Shown here one piece after another: positions 1 to 11,905 of a stretch of 64,000 nucleotides of DNA (positions are counted from its first letter, which is position 1; each line of letters starts with the position of its first letter). The notes below the pieces were generated by a model, which was not told where the DNA came from, did no database searches, and saw only the letters and a program-made list of their open reading frames with translations. Both the position numbers and the translations under genes were made by a program. Location: NCBI GenBank assembly GCA_051047955.1, contig JBPGPT010000017.1, positions 62,001 to 126,000 of the forward strand. The letters run 5' to 3'. The stretch is from Cystobasidiomycetes sp. EMM_F5 (taxonomy: Eukaryota).

Positions 1-689
1 ATACACTCGATTCTCCACAGGCCTTCGCACTAGCTACTGAAACCCTGACGTCGGTCGTGACGGAAATGACCAGTACGACAGTCACATACACGACTACTAC
101 GGCAGTAAGTCTAGGCCAGATACAAGCATCTGAGGTCCAACTCGGAGCACGCTCTGCCGAGCATTATCTTGCTGCACGCAAAGCCAAGCCGACTTCAACT
201 ACCGCAACGGACGAAGAAGGCGACGCAGGGGAAAGTACAAGTGGGAGCGCGAGTACTACATCGAGCAAAAAGGGTACTGCTACAGCTGTAAAGAAGGGCA
301 AGAATGTTGCAGTTGAAGATGCAGAACCCGCTACCACGACGGCCGTCCCCAAGAATATCAAGAACAAGGTGCACAAGCCAAAAGTGAAGGTACAAGCCAC
401 AGGAACTGAAACAGCAACGGGCGGAGCTGCTTCCTCGGTGTCATCCGCGTCGACTACTGCTTGGTGGACACCGGCTTCAGGCGAAAACAACGGTCAATGG
501 ACCGGCTCATCTGCCGCGACCACTACTTGGAAACGATCTTTTATCGCCGAGAGCGCAACACTAGAAGCACGGAAGTACAAGCGTAAGCAAAAGAAGAATG
601 CAGCTGCCGCGTCTTTCAAAGTCTCAAGCGCCCTGACCGGAATGGCTGCTCTGATTTTCGGATTCCGAGTTGCCTTTCAGTGCGTGTAG
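1..689 (+). CDS. 3' part of a Ser/Thr/Ala-rich, probably GPI-anchored or cell-surface protein (5' end probably outside the window)
   Basis: Open frame rich in T/S/A ending in a hydrophobic tail (SSALTGMAALIFGFRVAFQCV*); start not defined. Confidence 0.55.
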   Translation, partial: TLDSPQAFALATETLTSVVTEMTSTTVTYTTTTAVSLGQIQASEVQLGARSAEHYLAARKAKPTSTTATDEEGDAGESTSGSASTTSSKKGTATAVKKGKNVAVEDAEPATTTAVPKNIKNKVHKPKVKVQATGTETATGGAASSVSSASTTAWWTPASGENNGQWTGSSAATTTWKRSFIAESATLEARKYKRKQKKNAAAASFKVSSALTGMAALIFGFRVAFQCV

Positions 690-1365
690 ACGCTGCGTAA
701 CAGTAGAATAGAAAATTCGTCTCGAGTCCATCATATGTTGTATATATTGCAGGAAAAGCCTGAGATAGTAAATCGCATATACCGACACATCTCAACTGAC
801 GTTGCGAAATCCCCGCTTTTCGCCTTAGACGGAGTATCAGGAGACCAGGTTCACAATGCTACTGGAAGTGACAATTGTCCCGTGCGATACAGCTGCAGCA
901 CCGAGCCGTGCCTCTGCCTTGCATCGCGCCCGGGCCTCTGGGACATTAATGCCATTCCAAAGGCTGCGAGTCGATCCAGACGAGATCTTGGCCTTCAAAC
1001 CTTCAAACAACTTCAACGCCCAAAGATCTGATGTGAACTGATGGTTGCTCTCGGTCAGCACCCATTGAACATCGCGCTGTCCAACCTGGCGACTTTGGGA
1101 AAACGAGCTCTGACGTCGAACCGCTGACCGGTTTGCAGGCCCCGCGTACGCAATGAGAGCACGACAGACGCGACCACGTCACACAGAGTTTGCGAGGGTC
1201 TGTGAATCGACGCCAGGAATTTTCGCGGTCTGCGGACGAGACGGCTTTGCCCTTTTTGTTTCCCTTCGTCTGCAATCCGCCCTCCCCTGCGCGACACCTA
1301 ATTCTGTGCATCCCCATAGCTACACACACTCACACACCTAATACATCACTTATACACCTGACATT

Positions 1366-2838
1366 ATGATCTCTACACGATTCTCACTCGCCTTGGCCTT
1401 TGTCGCCTCTGCTTCGGCAGCCATCGTACCTCGTCAACTCGAGGCCGTACCAGACTGCGGCATCCGATGCTTTAATAGAAAGCTTGTCGAGCGCCCATGT
1501 GAGTGCTCCTTTTGAAGCTCGTGCTTTGCAACAATCGCTCTCGATAGATAATTGACCGCTCGTACCGTTCAACGGTTTAGGGGGGCCGTGCATCATCGAC
1601 TTCAGAGAGTAGCACATGCTGATCTCATGTTTGCGTCTTTCTCAGCGCTGGCTCCTAGCTGCCAGGCTGGTGACTGGAGCGTACGTTCTCCTGTTACTCT
1701 TACAATTGAACGCCATATACTAATGTTGCATGACTCTGCAGTGCCTCTGCGGTACCCAGAGCTTCCTCCAAGCGTACACCAACTGCTGCAACGATCATTG
1801 CGTGAGTTATCCTGATATGTGGAGCACGCAATGTCTAATCGCTGATTATGCTCTGTTCTACAAGTCCCAAAACGATCTCCCCGCAGCCACTTCCGCAGCG
1901 TCCTCATTCTGCGCCGCTCTTGGTGCCGGTCTGACCATCACGCTCCCTTCGACCACAATCACCGGTACAGGTTCTGCTTCTGCTGCACTCTCATCGGCAC
2001 TTGCTACTTTGTCGTCGGCACAATCGTCCGCTTCGTCTGCCGCTTCGTCCCTGTCATCATCTGCGTTTTCCGTCGCTGCTGCTGCCAATAGCTCGGTAGC
2101 TTCTGCTAGCAGCGCCGCTTCATCTGCCGCCGCCGCTGCCGGATCGTCTGCTGCGTCTTTGTCTTCTCAGATCAGCTCTGCATCCGCAGCCGCTGCTTCT
2201 AGCCTGTCCTCTGTCCGCTCGGCCGTCAATGCTTCCACAGCTGCGTCAGTTATGACATTCTCGCATATATTACTATGCACAGAGCTAATGTCTGTCCATC
2301 TGCAGAATTGCATCGTCCATATCCTCGGCATCAGCTTCTTTTGCCTCGCAAGCTTCTGCAGCCAACGCTTCGGCCGTTTCTGCAATCTCGTCGCTGAGGG
2401 CTATCAACGCTACTGCTACCGATACTGGAGTCATCGCATCTATCTCCAGCTCCCTCGCTGCGTAAGCATAATGCTATATAACGGAGAATGTGCGGACAAG
2501 ACTGATATTCTTGCCCACAGCGCCAGCTCCTCTTTGGCCTCGGTTGAATCAAGCATCTCTTCGGCTGCAAACGCGTCTATGGCTAGCTTCAGCGCTGCAG
2601 CTGCATCTTTGACCTCGTCGCTTGCCGTAAGTCTGATAAGGAGACAAGAGAGAGAGCGTTGTTGACTTTTGTTCTCGAACAGAGCGCCGGCGCTGCTGCT
2701 AGCTCGGCAGCCACTGCGACTCCCACTTCCACTTCCGGTCAGCCAACCGGAATCACTGGTGCAGGTTACTCGCTCAAAGCACCAAGCGCCGTCGCGCTGT
2801 TCGGCGTTGTCGCCGGCTACTTCTTCATGGCGCTTTGA
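1366..2838 (+). CDS. CFEM-domain, Ser/Ala-rich GPI-anchored cell-wall protein (about 7 exons)
   Basis: Signal peptide MISTRFSLALAFVASASAA. Spliced CFEM pattern PDCGIRC..PSCQAGDWSCLCGTQSFLQAYTNCCNDHC..SFC, then S/A-rich stalk and hydrophobic C-terminus AVALFGVVAGYFFMAL*. GT..AG introns, e.g. 1499-1645, 1681-1741. Confidence 0.9.
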
Positions 2839-3508
2839 GGGACAGTACGGACGCTTATACCTATAGACTGTCTTTCTTGATGGGTAATGCTGCAGATATA
2901 CACGACGCACAGGGAAGAGTTTTACCTTATGATATCCTTTCTCCTCTATGAGATGACATCGTTGCTTGTCGTTCATGCCCTTTTCTCTCCGCAATAACGA
3001 TACCGCCGTAATGAACCTCGTCGTTGTCGACACGATTCCACCAAAACGTAGCTGCAATGATTCAGTGATAGTAATGCATATCCTTTACAATGTCCGAGTG
3101 TTCTTGCTGGCCTTTGCTTTCCGTTGCTGCTTCTTGCTCTTGGCCCCATTCCTGTAAGTTACCCTGCCCCGGTTCAGTCGATCACACGTCGGGGTTTCAG
3201 TGGAACAACTAGAGACTGAAGTCGGTATCATGACTGCCTGTACCACTGTATCCTGTACACCACTAAAGATGCCGAGCACATTCTCCTTCGCCATTCTCCT
3301 GTCTGGACTGGTCCTGCTCTGCGCAGGCTGTGCCTGGTGGACTTTGTTTGGGGCAACAGCTGTACGCGTCGGATGGCCACCGTCAGGTTCGAGAGGCAAT
3401 GCAACGCTAGCACCCGACAGCCCCAGCGACGGGAAGCGGGAAGCTCGCGAATGCCCAGAATCTAAAGATGCTGGTAGCGTACTCGCGAATCCTTCGATAC
3501 CATCAAAC

Positions 3509-5065
3509 ATGCCGTCGACCGGATTCAATAGATTGCCGCCCGAAGTCTTACGCGCTATCGCAGAACAGGCCTTGCTGTCAGATATTGAACTACGCGCACA
3601 AGCCAAGAGAGCAAGAGACGTGACCTCCAGCCAGGGCATCGATAATGAGGACACTGCTTGTCTGTCGGAAGTGTCAGGGCACGAAACTTGCTGTTCGGCG
3701 GACGATAACGCCACTGGAATAGCAACGATAGCACCGGACTACCCTCGTCGCCCAGCTTTTGCCCTTGGAAGGTGCAGCAGCGCAAGTGTTGTCACTTGCT
3801 CGACGCTGGCGCAGAGTAAGCGGCGCATTAGAGGATATTCGTCTGCGTTATGTTTGGCTTTGTCAGACAAGACGCTGAGAAACGCTGCTTTGCCGATTAT
3901 ATGGCGGGTGAGAGCAAAAGAGCACTTGCTTGGATCATATCTACAGCCGACTCACTCTAATAATGAATTGCAGGCCATTGATTTTGAAGCGATACCTCGA
4001 GGTTATCATGCTCAAATCGTTGATCTGCTAGCACAAGGGCACGGACGACATGTTCGCACAGCTTCCATTCTCATAGCCCTCCAAGATTGCGTCTCCACAT
4101 CCTCCTCGACACGCGCATTGACAGTACCCACGGCCATTCGCGTACTGGAAGCAATTCCAAACTTGGGATCTCTGGAAGTCACTTTCCTGTCTTCAACGTT
4201 ACCGCCCTTCTATGTCTCGCAGCTTCCTTCTGCTCTTTCAACAGCGATAGGTCGTCACGGAATGTATCTGGGACATTTCGGCATTTCCGCTCGAGATGCG
4301 CCTGCGTCTCCGCCTGCCAATGGTCCGCCAGCTTATCCCGTAAGCTTTCAGCTAGACGAAGGCCTGGTAGCCCGTCTCCTACCTCACTTCTCTCGCCTCA
4401 GATCCCTGACTCTGCATAGGGTCGGGTGCGATACGCTATCAACGACTTCTCCACTCCTCGTAGCCATCCGTTCCCTTACCCGACTCCGGAAACTCGACTT
4501 GCTGGACGTACAGGCACTCAGCGATGCGTGGGCCAGCGGCGACTACTCGCTGCGAATCCCTGAGCTTCAAGATCTCAGCATCGTCTGCTGTCCACGGCTG
4601 TCCTTCGAAGCTCTTGACAGCATTTTACTAGAGCATTACGCCACTCTGCACACTCTGTCACTGTACGACCTTCAGCACATTTCGGGATCATCAAGCAGAT
4701 CATCCAGCGATGTCGCTCTGTACAACCTTCCTAATCTACACAGCCTGTCTCTCGAAGCGCGTTACGACGCAATAGACTACATTAAGCGATTCTCAAGCGT
4801 TAGTGTCCCGCTCAAGTCGCTCAACATCCTACATACATCCGGAATCACCGCAGACGACCTTTGTAGCTTCTTACGTACCCGCTCTCTGAAGCATTTGCAA
4901 ACCCTCACGATCGAGGAACGCGCACTTTCTGAATCGACAAGGCGATCCGATATTGCCAGACTGCGTAAAGCCGCAGCAGACGTTAGTATCAACTTCGTCT
5001 GTGATGAAAATTGCTCGCCCACACATAGAGAGTCAGAGACGCGTCTGCCGGTTGTTATGGCCTGA
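3509..5065 (+). CDS. F-box-like / leucine-rich-repeat (RNI-like) protein
   Basis: N-terminal FNRLPPEVLRAIAE (F-box-like) after ATG 3509; repeated LxxLxL motifs (LRSLTL, LRKLDL, LHTLSL, LQTLTI); probable in-frame intron 3908-3973. Confidence 0.65.
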   Translation: MPSTGFNRLPPEVLRAIAEQALLSDIELRAQAKRARDVTSSQGIDNEDTACLSEVSGHETCCSADDNATGIATIAPDYPRRPAFALGRCSSASVVTCSTLAQSKRRIRGYSSALCLALSDKTLRNAALPIIWRVRAKEHLLGSYLQPTHSNNELQAIDFEAIPRGYHAQIVDLLAQGHGRHVRTASILIALQDCVSTSSSTRALTVPTAIRVLEAIPNLGSLEVTFLSSTLPPFYVSQLPSALSTAIGRHGMYLGHFGISARDAPASPPANGPPAYPVSFQLDEGLVARLLPHFSRLRSLTLHRVGCDTLSTTSPLLVAIRSLTRLRKLDLLDVQALSDAWASGDYSLRIPELQDLSIVCCPRLSFEALDSILLEHYATLHTLSLYDLQHISGSSSRSSSDVALYNLPNLHSLSLEARYDAIDYIKRFSSVSVPLKSLNILHTSGITADDLCSFLRTRSLKHLQTLTIEERALSESTRRSDIARLRKAAADVSINFVCDENCSPTHRESETRLPVVMA

Positions 5066-5312
5066 TGCCCCATCGTCGGCTCGTGCAATGAACTCTTTCT
5101 GTAGTCCTTCCTGCAGTCACTATCAGTCTCTGTTTCTGTAAGCGTCTCCCGCTCCGACTCATAGTCATGTATACTATGCCCGTTACGCATTCATACACGT
5201 TGTTGTGCTACTCTACGTACTCTGTTTAGAACTTAGTGCAATGCTACAAGTATGGATAATCCGTTGCTATCAGGCTCGCCGAGATGACTAAGTGAACACC
5301 CCATCTGCATGT

Positions 5313-6417
5313 TCAGCTGCAAACAGCCGGTAACGGTGGAACTGGCTCGTCCTCAGAGCTCTGCGTCATATCCCACTCCTCCACGTGGAACTTTGATATG
5401 CGGGGAAGTGCTGCCAGTGTTGGTGGTTGCGCTGATATAGTGAGAGGTAGCGGAGGCAGATCCTGCTGCTCCTTTTCTGATATCGCTTGCGGGAATGCCG
5501 CCAGGGGCAAGAGAGGTTTCGTTGCCGACAGCAATTCTTGACTTATGCGATTCTGCGACATTCTCGCAGGAGATACAGGAACTGCTGCATCTATGCGAGA
5601 GCGTTTCTGTGGCGATGTTGGCATACTTAACCTCTGCACAGATGTCGGTCCTTCTAAAATCATACTGTCCGCCTGGCGACTGCTTGTTCGGGATGGAATC
5701 TTGGCCAACACCGCTTGAGTGTCGATGTGACCGCATGTGCCATACAAGCTGGCTGCCGCGGACGCAATGCTTGTGCTCGCAGTAGGCGAATCGGCTTTCG
5801 GGATATCAGCAGCAACAGTTCCGTCGGAGCCGCCGGCTGGTAGATCTTCCCCAACGCATTGCGGCACATCGTATGACATCTCGAGGCCATCGGTCATTAC
5901 GCCGCCATATATACTCAAGGCGTCAAATGCATCATAGTCGGGCATCTCCCGGCTGTGCCTGGTGTGGCCTGCTTGAGGACCTTTGCTCACGGTCCAGCTT
6001 CGTTCGTACCGCGGCGGTATGGTTGGCAATGGTTTCGAGACCTTTCGATGAGAGTCGTTGGGGTACGCAAGTACGGATGCTTGCTGCAACGCGCCAGGAG
6101 AGATGGGCTGTAAAGGATTCGAGTATGGTAAGTCCCCTCTGATAGGGAGGGCGGTCAGCTGAATGACCAGATCAAATGTGTGCAAGCGCAAGATAAAATC
6201 ACCCTAATATCGAATTAGTTGTGGGAGGAGCCGGTTTCCGCTTCAGGCTGGCTTTACGCCCATTCCCGCTAGATGAGCGTGCAAGACCAGTCTGATTCTG
6301 CAGAGGTGCTTGTTCTATCGGATCGACCGCATTTGAGCGTAACTTCAATGACGGCTTCTTGCGTAACGTTAGACCCATGAAGGTTGTGAGTTGCTCAGGC
6401 GTGATACGTGTCTTCAT
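5313..6417 (-). CDS. hypothetical Pro/Ser-rich disordered protein (2 exons)
   Basis: ORFs 6199-6417 and 5313-6191 joinable by a GT..AG intron near 6142-6203; no recognised domain. Confidence 0.55.
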
Positions 6418-6826
6418 GGCAGTCTCTGGCCAGAGCGCACTGGCGATGTCATCGGGAGAAGCAGGCTGCTTACACGATCGCTCGAGATGTTCTGAGGGAC
6501 GGCGAGTAAGTCAAAAGGGATATAACTCGTATGCTGCCACTCACCGAGCCCTTCAAAGTATACAGTGCTCTCGGTCTCGATGACAACGTCAAGTGCCAAC
6601 AGTCTATCCAGGGCCGCCTTTTCTTGCTGAGAATGTTGTCAACTTCTTATATCAAGGATCACGATCTTATCACCCACCTTCAAAGCGCCTTCCCGAGCCA
6701 TGATACTGGCATGGCTGTATTCAATTAAGATTGTCCGGACGGCAGCGGAACGTTCAAAGTCGATGTGCCTTGCAAACTGTGCGTGGTCAGCATTGGAATG
6801 GGTCCAGGGCTGGTCATGAAATCTCA

Positions 6827-7750
6827 CTATTCTGAACGACTCCCATTCAGTTCCCCAGTACGTATGCATTTCTTGCATCCGAAGTGTCGCCATCTCCCAT
6901 TCCGCCTCTGTGGCTTTGCATCAGGCCGATGAGCACTTCTTGCTACAATTCGCCTACCTTTGATCTGAAGCTGGCTGACTGACTTGCGCAAATCAATCTC
7001 AACCTTCTCGACCTCTTCGGCCAAGTCCAGCGCTCGACGGTCTTCCAAGTAACTCAGCCTTTTTTGTTCATCTTGTGCGTCGCTCAAGGCTCTCGCGTAC
7101 ACCTTCTCCACCAGTTCCAAGCGCGACAACGAATCATTTACCGCTTTTGTTCTCTGTTGTATAAATCATCAGCCTGAGTACGTGCAAAGAATACGGTACA
7201 CTGCCCGTCATACCTTCTTGACCTTATCATTCCTAATTTTTCCATCCCTTTCCAGAGGTGCTAACAGGGTGTGTCTTGTGTATGCTTCTAATGCAGAACA
7301 ACCTGCTGCTTTTTCAGCTGCAGATGCCTGACATGACCGCAGGCAATTGTAGAGTCTGTCGAAGTGAGAATTCTTTGAACACCACGCTTTGTGCCAGCAA
7401 AGTATCCTGACGTACGTGTTTGCATCTGGAGCTTGCAGCTGTTGCTGTTGTTGCTTCTCCAACGCCTTACACGTGATTTTCCGTAGCTCGGCCGCGCCAT
7501 CTCGAGAGACGTTGGCGTGTCGCTTCAAGAAATCAGTGGTCCATACTTCCGCATCTGCCGACAACTTGAGATGAGCCTGGAGCGCTGCTACGGCCCGTGC
7601 CGCTTGTGCATGGTGCAGCGGCAGTTGGCACAACTTCCGGCATGGAGCTCTGGCAGGCGCTAGCGGAGCGGCTGCTGGTGTGTGAAAGACAGGTACGTTC
7701 GCCAGCGACAGATGAGTCGGATATCGTCCACTTTGCATGTCCATTGTCAT
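6827..7750 (-). CDS. hypothetical protein with coiled-coil-like C-terminal half (2 exons)
   Basis: ORFs 7208-7750 and 6827-7129 linked by a GTATGA..CAG intron near 7155-7213; no recognised domain. Confidence 0.55.
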
Positions 7751-8015
7751 CAGGAAAGACCAAGACGTTGACCGTTAGCTGTCAATTGCTTGCCGCAGTG
7801 GCAACCCATCAACATCAACAATTTCTCGATCAGGTGCCGAAAGCCAAAAAGTAATCGCGTATATATAGTGCGCGTTGGTAGTGTGCCACCAAAGTCGGGA
7901 TTCCCTCTGAATGTATACAAACATCTCGTGCCAAAGCTTGCAATATCTCTGCAACGGGTGCAGAGAGGATTAGAAGCAAAAATTTGCCAATGCTGTTCTA
8001 GTCGACCAACTCGAT

Positions 8016-9292
<1,277 letters not shown>

Positions 9293-9568
9293 TGTGAGCA
9301 GTCTGCACTTGGATAGCAATAGCGTAATCTGAGACTGGCACTCAAATATCCAGCTGGCTGGGGCGCGTGATCGGTCGCAGCCGACAAGTGGAGAACTTCC
9401 GCCGATACATCCGGCCCTTCTTAACGGCAATCCTTTCACTCATCTGCGCGCACAACCGCTCGACTTTGACAATGACCGCCCCAGTACTTCCATTTCACGC
9501 TTCTTTCCGCCCAACAACGTGCTGAAAGGCTACGGCATCCTCACTTATGACTAATCTGACGAGCCGAC

Positions 9569-11104
9569 CTATCGTTGGCTGCCTTCTGATGTTCCTACAA
9601 TACCCTCTGATAGTCCCTCCGCAACGTTGATTTGAGCCAAAGGCGGCCCAGGAAATTGCATGGCATTCGACCCTACAAAGTACCTTTCTATCTTCTCCAC
9701 TTCGCAGACGACGTCATTCACGATCCTCCCAAAACACTCGGGAAAGGTCATGCAAATTCTGTCAAAGATTTCGGCTGACGCCGCCTCCCTACACGCGATA
9801 AGCTGTTTCGCGTACTGTTCGAGGGCGATATCACAGACTCCGTGGAAGGAAATGCGATGAGCGAGCCTGAACAGCGATTTTGGAGAGGTACCGTGGTCTC
9901 TCTGTATGGGCGTCAACGGCTGCTTAGAATTCTTTATGGGCCGGATGATGACGATGCCCGTGTAGTTCGATAAACGGCGACAGCATAATGCTCGCCAAGT
10001 ACGATATTTCAGACCCTCAATTACGACGTAACGCGTGATCCCAGCAGGGAGGCAGCCAGTATACCATACGGTGTCGCCTTTCGCGCCGAGTCCTTCCCGT
10101 CCGCTACGACCTGAAGACCGACGTCGAAAAGGTTTACGAGTGCTAGCGAGGACCAACTCATCGTCATCGGAATCTTCGTCAGTATTTAAAGTGACGCAAG
10201 CCCTCGCTGTTGCTATCTCAGCTAGCTCTGCGGTCGTCGGACCAGGCGTCACGATCAAGCCATCAAGCTGGTACATTTCGACGGCCGGGTCGACAGTCCT
10301 GTACCATCGAGTTTCTGGCAGCATCGCGAGCAGGCGAAAGTATACAGAAGCAGCATATTGATCTGCCGGCACCAATAGCATTCTATGATTACCGCTTGCT
10401 GACGCAAAGATTAATGCCATTCTCGGTGTAGCAGTGTGATGCAGCGTGATCACTGGAGCTACTGGTGCAGGCAGAGTACATAGCTGGTCGCTCCCTGGTG
10501 GTAATCGAAACCACATGTGGACACTCCAGCAAAACAAGTCTAGGCCTGCGCACGCCTCTTTCGATTCTTCCGGCTTCTTGCCTGATGTTCCTTGTAGATC
10601 AGGTCCATATAGGTAGCTCTTATGCAGGCCACACACGAATGTAGCCGTGCGCAAGCAACCATGAAGCATGGAGAACTTCTCAACCGTCACCGCCCGTCCA
10701 CAGCAGTCTCCTGCAAGTGTGATCGTCCTGCTGACGAGCATACCGCGCAAGGGAAGCTCCAGGCCTGCTGCATCGATGTTATGAACTATGCTAACGTCAC
10801 TGTCCGTTGCATTGGTTGAGGCATTACGCTTCATGCTGATGGTGTCGAGAAGGCTAAAGTCTCTGCCGAAACAGTCAAAGAGCATAGTGGCGTAGGCGAA
10901 TTCAAGGTCTTGCTGCCCGCTCATGGCTTGATTGTCTGCGCTTCCAGCGTTACCTTCTGTCATTCTGAGGGGGCGCTCGACGGATAGTGACACCCGTAGA
11001 TCCTGCTGGCCACACGAAAAGGAGGGGGGTTTCAGTAGCTGCAGGACATCTTTTGCTGGGGCTGATCCGCTGAATCGTAGCCAGCAAGAAGGCGTCGCCA
11101 TCAT
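9569..11104 (-). CDS. hypothetical protein with a degenerate BTB/POZ-associated C-terminal region
   Basis: Long intronless ORF. VVIEGLKYRTWRALC..SPKSLFRLAHRI..ALEQYAKQL resembles, from recall, the C-terminal signature of basidiomycete BTB-like proteins. Confidence 0.5.
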   Translation of the reverse strand: MMATPSCWLRFSGSAPAKDVLQLLKPPSFSCGQQDLRVSLSVERPLRMTEGNAGSADNQAMSGQQDLEFAYATMLFDCFGRDFSLLDTISMKRNASTNATDSDVSIVHNIDAAGLELPLRGMLVSRTITLAGDCCGRAVTVEKFSMLHGCLRTATFVCGLHKSYLYGPDLQGTSGKKPEESKEACAGLDLFCWSVHMWFRLPPGSDQLCTLPAPVAPVITLHHTATPRMALIFASASGNHRMLLVPADQYAASVYFRLLAMLPETRWYRTVDPAVEMYQLDGLIVTPGPTTAELAEIATARACVTLNTDEDSDDDELVLASTRKPFRRRSSGRSGREGLGAKGDTVWYTGCLPAGITRYVVIEGLKYRTWRALCCRRLSNYTGIVIIRPIKNSKQPLTPIQRDHGTSPKSLFRLAHRISFHGVCDIALEQYAKQLIACREAASAEIFDRICMTFPECFGRIVNDVVCEVEKIERYFVGSNAMQFPGPPLAQINVAEGLSEGIVGTSEGSQR

Positions 11105-11905
11105 GCGTGTAAGGCAAAATGTGGTACAAAGAGCTGTCAAGCGATAATATCAAGGTGCTGTCTGTCATGGCTGTGTTCACCTCTCGCGGCAATTTGAGCG
11201 AGGAAGCTGGAAGGGTTCATTTTTGACTGTCCGACGTTGCAAGCAAGGTCACCACGGTCCGACGACCCGAAGGATGCCGTTTCTCCTTGAAGAGTCTGCA
11301 CGGGCCGTGAATGGTCCGCCCGAAGCAGAGTTTGACCGTGTCCTCCGAGTGCGCACAGCATGCCGTTACACTGAATCCGTCCAGAAGCTTTGCGAGTCTC
11401 CACGATTTTTCGACTTCAAAGCTCGTTGGGCGTTGTGAAAGCGTTCGCGTAATTTTCGGTCACGTGGCCATCGACGCGCTCTGAAGCCCAAAGCTGCCTG
11501 GGATTGCAGGACAATGTACTGACAACTGCACGCAGACCCGTACATAGCATACAGCACACTCACTCACAACACAAGCACCTGCTCGCTCTGCCAGCACTGC
11601 CCCGTTCCTGCTAGGGAGGACACCCGCTCAGCAGCAGCGCAGCAACGGTCCACGGCCGCAGCTCGCTCGAGAGAGGCAGTCCAGTCTCAATTTTCGAAGC
11701 AAAATCCTCACTCGTTCATCGATATACACACCTACGTGCAGACATACCCTGCGCACTCGCCTCTGCGCGCACTGTCCGCTCTTTTTGTCCCGGCCTCGGT
11801 TCCCAATTCTAGCGTGTCAGCGTCGTCAAGCGAAATCCAAAGTCCCCTACCTTCACAATTCAAAGCTGCAAGACCTGACGCAGCAACACAACTCCAACAA
11901 ACACA

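Noticed and set aside
1499..1645. Possible 7-nt micro-exon (GGGGGCC) inside the 147-nt first CFEM intron
   Set aside because: Inclusion would shift the frame; direct splicing already gives an intact CFEM.
3200..3508. Hydrophobic N-terminal extension of the F-box/LRR ORF
   Set aside because: The F-box-like motif starts right after ATG 3509, so the upstream frame is more likely UTR or promoter; not fully excluded.
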